A stretch of DNA of 64,000 nucleotides from an uncultured Fidelibacterota bacterium (GTDB lineage Bacteria; Fidelibacterota; Marinisomatia; Marinisomatales; Marinisomataceae): contig CACGRA010000001.1 in NCBI GenBank assembly GCA_902575395.1, forward strand, positions 1,741 to 65,740, read 5' to 3'. Within the stretch, counting starts at the first letter, position 1; every line of letters starts with the position of its first letter. A program made the position numbers and the translations under genes. The notes under the pieces are model-generated. The model saw nothing but the letters and a program-made list of their open reading frames with translations. It had not been told where the DNA came from and made no database searches. Of the stretch, positions 49,432-56,901 are shown in pieces.

Positions 49432-50847
49432 TTGATTATGCATGAAGAAAAACAAAACCTCGATAGCATTTTTAGAAAGCAAACAAAAAACAGAGTCTCT
49501 GTTGCCAACACAACCCACAGGGAAAGAAAAAAGAAGCTAAAAGTTCTCTTAAAGACGTTTATAGAGATGGAAAACGAAGCTCTTTCAGCCCTATACAAAG
49601 ACATGAAGAAAAGCACGGCAGAGGCAACTATTACAGAAATCGTTGGGGTAAAAACAGAGGCGTCTTTTGCAATAAAAAATCTAAGAAAGTGGATGAAAAC
49701 AAAGCGTGTTGGTGCCACCCTTGCTGTTAGCTTTACAAAAAACTGGATTAAGCCCCAACCAAAAGGAACTGTGTTAATTATTTCGCCGTGGAATTATCCT
49801 ATTATGTTGGTTTTAAACCCCCTGATTGCTGCTGTTGCTGCTGGGAACACTGCGATTATTAAGCCTTCTGAGTTTACGCCAGCCTCTGGCAGGTTTATTA
49901 AAAGGCTCGTTGAAAAAGTTTTTCCTGAAAACGAGGTTGCTGTGGTTTTGGGAGACCATGAGCCTGCAATTGAACTTCTTAAAAAACCGTTTAACCACAT
50001 TTTTTTTACTGGCAGCCCAAAAATTGGAAAGGCTGTTATGGGAGCCGCGGCTAAACACCTTGCCGGGGTCACGCTTGAGCTCGGCGGAAAGTCTCCTGTT
50101 GTTGTTGATGAAACGGCAAACATGTCTGATGCGGCATGGAAGCTCGCCTTTTACAAGTTCACAAATGCTGGACAAACATGCACTGCTCCCGACTATATTT
50201 TGTGCCACAAAAGCAAACAGGACCAACTAGTTGCTGGCCTACAAGAAAACTTTGGTCGTTTTTTTGAAAAAGAAGGGATAAAAACAAGGGAAGACTATTG
50301 TCAAATTATAAACCATGTACACTTTGATCGCGTTAAAAGCTATTTAGATTCTGCTGTTGCGGGTGGGGCAAAAATTGTTTTTGGGGGAAACACAGACAGG
50401 GACAGCAGGTTTATAGAGCCAACTGTTTTGTGTAACGTTTCTTTGGAGAGCGAAGTAATGAAAGAGGAAATTTTTGGGCCCCTGTTGCCGATTGTTCCAT
50501 ATGAAAAGCTTGACGATGCTATTGGCTTTATAAATGAAAGACATCGCCCCCTTGCGCTATACCTGTTTAGCTCTAGCAGAAAAAACCAAAACAAACTTTC
50601 AAGCGAAACTTTCAGCGGAAGCTTTCTTGTAAATGATTGTGTTATAAACCATGCAAATCCTCATATTCCTTTTGGTGGAATTAACAATAGCGGGGTTGGG
50701 AGTTATCACGGAAAATTTGGCTTTGATGAGTTTTCACACCACAAGGCTGTTTTAAAAAGCACTTCTTTGTCTCCATTTAAGCTTATGATTCCTCCATACA
50801 CTCCTTTTGTAGAAAGGCTTGTTAGGTTGATAAAAAAAGTTGTTTAG
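49432..50847 (+). CDS. NAD(P)-dependent aldehyde dehydrogenase (class-3/fatty-aldehyde-like)
   Basis: LELGGKSP, catalytic Cys in NAGQTCTAPDY, and EEIFGPLLPI; 471 aa. Confidence 0.9.
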   Translation: MIMHEEKQNLDSIFRKQTKNRVSVANTTHRERKKKLKVLLKTFIEMENEALSALYKDMKKSTAEATITEIVGVKTEASFAIKNLRKWMKTKRVGATLAVSFTKNWIKPQPKGTVLIISPWNYPIMLVLNPLIAAVAAGNTAIIKPSEFTPASGRFIKRLVEKVFPENEVAVVLGDHEPAIELLKKPFNHIFFTGSPKIGKAVMGAAAKHLAGVTLELGGKSPVVVDETANMSDAAWKLAFYKFTNAGQTCTAPDYILCHKSKQDQLVAGLQENFGRFFEKEGIKTREDYCQIINHVHFDRVKSYLDSAVAGGAKIVFGGNTDRDSRFIEPTVLCNVSLESEVMKEEIFGPLLPIVPYEKLDDAIGFINERHRPLALYLFSSSRKNQNKLSSETFSGSFLVNDCVINHANPHIPFGGINNSGVGSYHGKFGFDEFSHHKAVLKSTSLSPFKLMIPPYTPFVERLVRLIKKVV

Positions 50848-51658
50848 CAAGCTCATTTCTAAACTCAATAACCGTGTTGGCGTAGTGGTCGGACCTGTTA
50901 TAGGTTCTAATTGCGTGCCAAGCTTTTGACCTAAAAGAAAAGTTATAGTCGTTTGGGGGATAGCCGTTTTCTACCAAATAGTGGGCCACGCTTCCAAGGA
51001 CGTCTTCCCATCCGTATGGTTCTTTTTTTCCGTTTTGATTATAGTCAATTGAAAGCTTGTTAAAGCTCGACGGAATAAACTGTCCAAAGCCAAAGGCTCC
51101 CGCATAAGAGCCCTCAACGCTAAAGGGGTCTATTCCTTCTTCTTTACAATAAACAAGGAGCTCAAACATCTCTTTTGTTGCCCACGTCCTTCTTTGTGGA
51201 ATTTTAGAGGCCTGCGTATAAAGAGAAACAAAAACTGAGTGTTCTGCAAACCTTGTTCCATAGTTGGTTTCAATGCCAATAATTGCAACAATGATCAGTG
51301 GGTCTATTTGAAAATCTTTCATAATCTTTTTAAGGGTGTTTTTGTGTTCCCCATAAAAGTCTAAGCCCTTTTTTATTCTTTTTTCTTGTAAAAAAATATT
51401 TTTGTATTCTTTATACGTTTTATTTTTTTCTGGTTTTCTTTTAAAGCGCTCAAGAACCTCTTCAGACTCCTGAAGCAGGGGGTCTTCAAAAAGCATTCTA
51501 AGTTCATTGACCGTATAAAAGCTTTCTATGTCTGTTTGTTTAATAAGCCTATTAAAGGCTTTATAGTTTTCCCCTCCTTGTGCAAGAAGAGGAAAAAAGA
51601 AACAAAAAATTATTATCATTGTTTTTATCGTTTGTTTCATCGTATTAAATTTAGCCAT
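50822..51658 (-). CDS. Lytic murein transglycosylase (MltB/SLT_2-like)
   Basis: Signal peptide, IIGIETNYG, and YAGAFGFGQFIPSSF as in MltB-type enzymes. Confidence 0.75.
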   Translation of the reverse strand: MAKFNTMKQTIKTMIIIFCFFFPLLAQGGENYKAFNRLIKQTDIESFYTVNELRMLFEDPLLQESEEVLERFKRKPEKNKTYKEYKNIFLQEKRIKKGLDFYGEHKNTLKKIMKDFQIDPLIIVAIIGIETNYGTRFAEHSVFVSLYTQASKIPQRRTWATKEMFELLVYCKEEGIDPFSVEGSYAGAFGFGQFIPSSFNKLSIDYNQNGKKEPYGWEDVLGSVAHYLVENGYPPNDYNFSFRSKAWHAIRTYNRSDHYANTVIEFRNELAKQLFLST

Positions 51659-51675
51659 GACAAGGTTGTTCTTTC

Positions 51676-52578
51676 GTGTTAAATAATAAGTTTTTTCTTT
51701 TGGGCATTGCTTTGCTTGCTGTTAGCTCTTCTGCTTGGGTAATTAAGATGTTTCCAGGCACCAATGTCATTACGTTTGCTTTTTGGAGAATGTTTTTGGC
51801 AAGCATTTTTGTTTTTCTTCTTTCTTACAAAACAATTCCTCTTTTTGTTCCCAATAAAAAAATGGAGCTTGCTGGATGGTTTCTTGGTGTTCATTTTGTT
51901 CTTTTTTTTAAAGCAGTAGAGTTAACCTCCGTTGCGGAAGCCACCCTCCTTGGAACAACTGCCCCCATCTTTACCTGTCTTTACGCTCTTTTGTACAAAA
52001 AAAAGAGGGTTTCTGGCTTTGTTTTATTTGGTCTGTTTTTGGCTTTTTTAGGGGCGGGCGTCTTAATAAACCAAAGCTCTCAAAGTGAGAGCAGTTTGCT
52101 TGGAAACATATGCGCTATTTTTTGTTCTTTGGCAATGGCGTTTGTTTTAATTGTTGGAAAAGAGGTGCGAAAAAACTTTTCTCTTTTTGATTATACTCGG
52201 TGGTTGTTTTTTTATGCCTCTTTTGCTATTCTTTTTATTTCTTTTATAGCTGAGGTTTCTGTTTTTTCTTTTTCCTCGGAAGAGTTTCGCTGGTTTGTCT
52301 TTTTAGCTCTTGTTCCGACCGTTGTGGGGCACAATATATTTTATTATTTAATTAAAAGTCTTTCCACCACTACGGTGGCGGCGGTTCCTCTCGGAGAACC
52401 GGTTGTGTCTTCTGTTGGGGCCTTCTTTTTATTTCAAGAGCCCATTACCTCTGCTGTGGTTTTGGGGGGGGAGCATTACCCTTCTCGGTGTTTTTCTTGT
52501 TATTCGCTTTGGAAATTAAAGGTATTTTTTTGGGAGCATTTTCCTAAGGGCTCTGTTTATGTTTTCAGTTGTTGTTGA
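51676..52578 (+). CDS. EamA/DMT-family transporter; C-terminus disrupted at a G8 run
   Basis: GTG start and about 10 TM segments. After the G8 tract at 52464-52471 the translation stops looking like a TM helix. Removing one G restores ..VVLGGSITLLGVFLVIRFGN* ending at 52519. Confidence 0.8.
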   Translation: MLNNKFFLLGIALLAVSSSAWVIKMFPGTNVITFAFWRMFLASIFVFLLSYKTIPLFVPNKKMELAGWFLGVHFVLFFKAVELTSVAEATLLGTTAPIFTCLYALLYKKKRVSGFVLFGLFLAFLGAGVLINQSSQSESSLLGNICAIFCSLAMAFVLIVGKEVRKNFSLFDYTRWLFFYASFAILFISFIAEVSVFSFSSEEFRWFVFLALVPTVVGHNIFYYLIKSLSTTTVAAVPLGEPVVSSVGAFFLFQEPITSAVVLGGEHYPSRCFSCYSLWKLKVFFWEHFPKGSVYVFSCC

Positions 52579-53136
52579 CACACCCTCCCCTTCTTTTGCT
52601 AAAATTGGAGCACCAAACTGTATTTTCACCTGTGTTCTTTGTAGTTTTTGTAGGTTTTTAGCAATTGTTTCTGTTCCAGAAAGGGCCACGGGAATAATTG
52701 GTATTTTGTTTTTTACAGCAAAATAAGAAGCTCCGTTTTTAAGGGGTTTTAAACCCTTTCCAACGCTAGTTCCCTCTGGAAAAATACAAATAGGTTCTTT
52801 TTTTTTAATTTGTTTTTGTACGGCTTTTATTGTTGAGGGCTTAAGGGTCTTTCGGTTTACCAATAACACCCCATAAAGCCATGGAATCCACAGCTCTTTC
52901 CACCCGAGATCGTCTAGATCTTCTGCCATAAGATATGTTGTTAGTTTGTTGTGTTTTGAGTGCAAAACAAAGGGGTCTAAAAGGCTAAAGTGGTTTGGCG
53001 CCAGTATATATGGCCCTGTTTTTGGGATATTTTCTTTTCCTTTTGTGGTTGTTTTTATTATAAAAAAACAAACAAAGACAGATGTCCAACCTAAAACGCT
53101 TCTAATTATTTTGTTTCTTGGGCCCGAAAACTTCAC
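52516..53136 (-). CDS. 1-acyl-sn-glycerol-3-phosphate acyltransferase-like protein
   Basis: HX4D block (APNHFSLLDPF) and the IFPEGT block; 206 aa. Confidence 0.8.
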   Translation of the reverse strand: MKFSGPRNKIIRSVLGWTSVFVCFFIIKTTTKGKENIPKTGPYILAPNHFSLLDPFVLHSKHNKLTTYLMAEDLDDLGWKELWIPWLYGVLLVNRKTLKPSTIKAVQKQIKKKEPICIFPEGTSVGKGLKPLKNGASYFAVKNKIPIIPVALSGTETIAKNLQKLQRTQVKIQFGAPILAKEGEGVSTTTENINRALRKMLPKKYL

Positions 53137-53141
53137 TTTAG

Positions 53142-53585
53142 CTAAAAAGGAAGATCGTCTTCTTGGGCTTGGCTTGTGTCTTCTTCTGAAACAGAAGTAT
53201 CTTGGTTTATTGGTTCACTTCCTGAGCTGTCTCCGCCAGGGGCGCCGAGAATTTGAACCCCGCCAAAGCGGTTTGCAACAACCTCTGTTGTATATCTTGT
53301 GTTGCCCTCTTTGTCTTCCCAGCTTCTTGTTTGCAAGGTCCCTTCAACGCAAACAAGCGTGCCCTTTGTTACGTAGGGTTGGATATATTTTTCAGCGGTT
53401 GGTCCAAATGCAACACAGTTGTGCCAGTGAGTTTTTTCTTGTTGGTTTCCCTCTTTGTCTCTCCAGCTTTCATTTGTGGCTATGCTAAAAGACGCTATAG
53501 CGTTTCCGTCCTGGCTGTGTCTTATTTCAGGGTCTTGGCCAAGCCTACCTATTAACAAAACCTTATTTAATGTTCCTTTTGCCAT
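53142..53585 (-). CDS. ssb: Single-stranded DNA-binding protein
   Basis: OB-fold N-terminus MAKGTLNKVLLIGRLGQDPEIR, a Gly/Ser/Asp-rich linker and the acidic tip DDLPF. Confidence 0.95.
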   Translation of the reverse strand: MAKGTLNKVLLIGRLGQDPEIRHSQDGNAIASFSIATNESWRDKEGNQQEKTHWHNCVAFGPTAEKYIQPYVTKGTLVCVEGTLQTRSWEDKEGNTRYTTEVVANRFGGVQILGAPGGDSSGSEPINQDTSVSEEDTSQAQEDDLPF

Positions 53586-53586
53586 A

Positions 53587-54927
53587 TTAGCTCAAATTTA
53601 ACTCATTATGTATAATGTCAACACGTCTTTTAAATCTTTCGTCTTTTTTTAGAAGCTCTTCCACTTTTTTCTCAGCATGCATAATTGTTGTATGGTCTCT
53701 TCCCCCGAGGTGAAGCCCAATTGAGTTAAGCGGCATATCTAATATCTTTCTGGAAAGATACGCAACAACCTGTCTTGCCTCTGCTATGTTTTTTCTTCTA
53801 GACTTTCCAACAATTTCTTCTTCTGTAACAGAAAAAACTGTACAGACCCTGTTTATAATATCCTGCACTGTTGTCTGTCCATATGCTTGGTCTCCAAGCC
53901 TTTCTCTAATTACAGACTCTACAAGGTCTTGGGTAATCCCCTTTTCAGAAAAGGTTGCGTGGGCTAAAAGCTTTGTAACACAACTTTCAAGGTCTCTGAT
54001 ATTTGTTTTAACATATGAGGCAATTGTTTCTAAAAACCTTGGTTCAATTTTTACTTTGTTTTCTTTTGCCTTTGCGGCAAGAATGGCAACTCGGGTTTCA
54101 AAGTTTGGGGGCTGAATGTCTGCATGCAAACCAGATTTAAATCTAGACAAAAGCCTGTCTTGCAAGCCCACCATTTCTCCCGGGTATCTGTCTGCCGTCA
54201 TAACAACCTGTTTTCCCGAATTTAAAAGATCGTTAAATGTGTGAAAAAACTGTTCTTGTGTTTGTTCTTTTCCCTGAAAAAACTGAATATCATCAACAAG
54301 AAGAACGTCTGCTTTTCTATAAACCTTTGAAAAGTCCAGAGACTTGTTTTCTTGTATGCTTGCTATAAAGTCGTTGGTAAATTTTTCAGAAGATGCCAAA
54401 ACAACGTTCGTTGGTTTTTTCCCGTCTATAAGAGCGTTTGCAATTGCGTGCAAAAGATGAGTTTTTCCAAGCCCAACTCCGCCATATATAATTAGAGGGT
54501 TAAAGGCTCCGTCTCCAGGGTTTTGTGAAACTTGGGTGGCCGCCTTTTTAGCAAACTCGTTGTGTGGTCCCTCAATAAAGGCACTAAAAACGTTGTTTGG
54601 ATTTATGTTGTGCCTTTTTCCGGCATTGCTTTGTTTTGTTGGCTCCTTTTTATTTAATTCTTCTGATAAAACGCTTTGTGTTGATGGTGAAGCTATTGAT
54701 ATTTTGAGCTCTACTCCTGGGGCATGCTCCTTAATTGCTTCAAAAAGAAAATCATAGTAGTTATTATTGATCCATTCGTGGGCAAAGCGGTTTGGGGCTT
54801 CAAGAATAAACACCCCGTTTGTAAGGCCAATAGGAACAAGGGTTTCTATCCAGGCCTTGTATGCGTGCTCGGGCAAGGAGGCTTTTAGTTCCCCGTTCGC
54901 TTTTTTCCATATTTTTTTATAGTCCAT
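53587..54927 (-). CDS. dnaA: Chromosomal replication initiator protein DnaA
   Basis: AAA+ Walker A (IYGGVGLGKTHL), LLVDDIQF, and the C-terminal DNA-binding block GGRDHTTIMHA. The start is ATG 54927 (alternative 54939). Confidence 0.96.
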   Translation of the reverse strand: MDYKKIWKKANGELKASLPEHAYKAWIETLVPIGLTNGVFILEAPNRFAHEWINNNYYDFLFEAIKEHAPGVELKISIASPSTQSVLSEELNKKEPTKQSNAGKRHNINPNNVFSAFIEGPHNEFAKKAATQVSQNPGDGAFNPLIIYGGVGLGKTHLLHAIANALIDGKKPTNVVLASSEKFTNDFIASIQENKSLDFSKVYRKADVLLVDDIQFFQGKEQTQEQFFHTFNDLLNSGKQVVMTADRYPGEMVGLQDRLLSRFKSGLHADIQPPNFETRVAILAAKAKENKVKIEPRFLETIASYVKTNIRDLESCVTKLLAHATFSEKGITQDLVESVIRERLGDQAYGQTTVQDIINRVCTVFSVTEEEIVGKSRRKNIAEARQVVAYLSRKILDMPLNSIGLHLGGRDHTTIMHAEKKVEELLKKDERFKRRVDIIHNELNLS

Positions 54928-54929
54928 AG

Positions 54930-54949
54930 TTATCCACAAGTTATCAACA
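54930..54949 (+). promoter_or_regulatory. DnaA-box doublet (TTATCCACA-AG-TTATCAACA) abutting the dnaA start
   Basis: A perfect TTATCCACA sits at 54930-54938. TTATCAACA, one mismatch from it, follows at 54941-54949. Confidence 0.65.
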
Positions 54950-55078
54950 TATGTTCTGCATTACACTATATTAGTGTAATATTGTTTTTTTCTTTCAGCA
55001 AGGCTTTGTTTTCAATTTTTCGTGTTTTATTGTTTCACAAAGTGGATTATATATCCTATATTTCGGCGAGGAAGAACT

Positions 55079-55216
55079 ATGAAAAGAACATATCAGCCAA
55101 GCAACAGAAAGAGAAAAAACAAGCACGGTTTTATGAAGAGAAATGCGTCTGTAGCAGGTAAAAGAGTTTTGTCTTCAAGAAGAAAAAAGGGCCGTAAAAA
55201 GCTTACTGTTTCTTAA
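55079..55216 (+). CDS. rpmH: 50S ribosomal protein L34
   Basis: [24 protein letters not shown].. is classic bL34, with GAGGAAG upstream of ATG 55079. Confidence 0.95.
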   Translation: MKRTYQPSNRKRKNKHGFMKRNASVAGKRVLSSRRKKGRKKLTVS

Positions 55217-55228
55217 TTTTATTATAAA

Positions 55229-56899
55229 ATGAGTCGTAACACCCTTATTGGTTTTGTTTTAATTGGTCTTGTTTTGCTTTTTTGGCCAACATATTTAGAC
55301 ATTGTTTTCCCAGAAGAAAAAACCACACCACCCCAAGAAGAGGTTTTACCAGCCAAAACCAGCTCACCCTTACAAAAAAAGCCTTTAAAAAAGGTTTCAT
55401 CTGAAAACATCAACAGAGAAGCCGCTGTTAGTAGTGAGTTCGAAGAGGCTTTTTTTGAAATAGAAACCTCTCTTTATTCTGCTGTTGTTAGCAATAAAAA
55501 TGGGGGCTCTATTTCCTCTTTTGTTGTAAGAGACCACCTAAAAGATGGTGAAGACAAAATTCAGCTTATAGACACAATAAACCAAAACAATCTTTTGGTT
55601 TCTTTTATTAATGACTCTGGGGAAGAAGTTTTTTTAGAAGATTTTTGGAGCTTTGATAGCTCTTTACCAAAAAAGGTTTCACTTGTTCAGGACGACGACT
55701 TTCAAAAGGTTTCTTTTTATATAGAGGTTGGCGGAGCCTTAGCCAAAAAAAGCCTTACATTTAAAAACAACAGCTACTCTATTGATGTCGACGTTGATAT
55801 AGAAGATCTCGAGACAATTATTCTTGATAACAAGTTTAAACTGCAATGGGCGGGAGGTGTTCGGCTAACAGAAAACAGCAAACAAGAATCCTTGTTTTTG
55901 GAGGGGCTTGTTAGTCAAAGCGGAAGCATTCAATCTTATAGAGTTGGGTCTGCAAGCCTTTTTGGTGGTGGGGCCTCTGAAATATCTCTTGGCTCTAAAC
56001 AATATTCTGGAAACACTGATTTTGTTGGATATAGAACAAAATATTTTGGCGTTTTCTTTGTACCACAAAGAACTGATGAGGTTGAAATAACAAAGGGGGG
56101 CTCTTCTGAAAGACCAGAGGTTGGCATATCTACAAAACAGGAGATAAACCTTAGAAAAACAACTCTCTTTTTTGGGCCGCTTGAATATGAACAGGTTTCT
56201 TCTCTCGGGGTTGGACTAGAAGACAAAATTTTAGGCTGGCAATGGCTTTCTTCTGTTTCTTGGCTGGTTTATGCAACAATGGTTTTCTTGTATGGGATAG
56301 TTCCTAACTATGGTGTTGTTGTTATTTTGTTTGCTGTCCTTATTAAGGCAGCAACCTACCCTCTTATGGCAAAACAGTTAAGGTCTTCAAAAAAGATGCA
56401 AGAAATTCAGCCGGAGCTAAACAAAATAAAAACAAAGTACAAACACGACCCGGCACTGCAACAACAAAAAATGGCTGCCCTTTTTCAGGAGAGCGGAGTA
56501 AATCCTCTTGCCGGATGTCTTCCAATGCTTATCCAATTTCCTGTTCTTATAGCTGTTTTTATGGTTTTTAGAAATACAATTGAATTTAGGGGCGAATCTT
56601 TTTTCCTCTGGATTAGTGACCTTGCTTCTCCCGACACTCTTTTTATGGTTGGTTCTATTCCTATAAATGTTCTTCCTTTTTTAATGTCTATATCAATGTA
56701 TTATACCATGCAAAGCGCTTCAGCTGGACAGGTTTCAGGGGACCCGGCACAAGAAGCAACACAAAAAATGATGAAATATATGTTTCCTGGTATGATGTTT
56801 TTTCTTTTTTATGGGTTTCCGTCTGGTTTAAACCTTTATTATTTTTGTTTTAATGTAATACAGCTTGTTCAACAAAAAATTATAAACAACGAGAAGTAG
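55229..56899 (+). CDS. yidC: Membrane protein insertase YidC
   Basis: 556 aa with an N-terminal TM, a large periplasmic domain and the C-terminal 60-kDa insertase core (LIKAATYPLM .. GCLPMLIQFPVLIAVF). Confidence 0.93.
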   Translation: MSRNTLIGFVLIGLVLLFWPTYLDIVFPEEKTTPPQEEVLPAKTSSPLQKKPLKKVSSENINREAAVSSEFEEAFFEIETSLYSAVVSNKNGGSISSFVVRDHLKDGEDKIQLIDTINQNNLLVSFINDSGEEVFLEDFWSFDSSLPKKVSLVQDDDFQKVSFYIEVGGALAKKSLTFKNNSYSIDVDVDIEDLETIILDNKFKLQWAGGVRLTENSKQESLFLEGLVSQSGSIQSYRVGSASLFGGGASEISLGSKQYSGNTDFVGYRTKYFGVFFVPQRTDEVEITKGGSSERPEVGISTKQEINLRKTTLFFGPLEYEQVSSLGVGLEDKILGWQWLSSVSWLVYATMVFLYGIVPNYGVVVILFAVLIKAATYPLMAKQLRSSKKMQEIQPELNKIKTKYKHDPALQQQKMAALFQESGVNPLAGCLPMLIQFPVLIAVFMVFRNTIEFRGESFFLWISDLASPDTLFMVGSIPINVLPFLMSISMYYTMQSASAGQVSGDPAQEATQKMMKYMFPGMMFFLFYGFPSGLNLYYFCFNVIQLVQQKIINNEK

Positions 56900-56901
56900 A
56901 C

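Noticed and set aside
55031-55046. parS half-site TGTTTCACAAAGTGGA upstream of rpmH, and a similar TGTTTCACGCGC near 12255.
   Set aside because: Only the left 8 nt match parS and the right half is unrelated. A single half-site is expected by chance and is unlikely to bind a ParB dimer.
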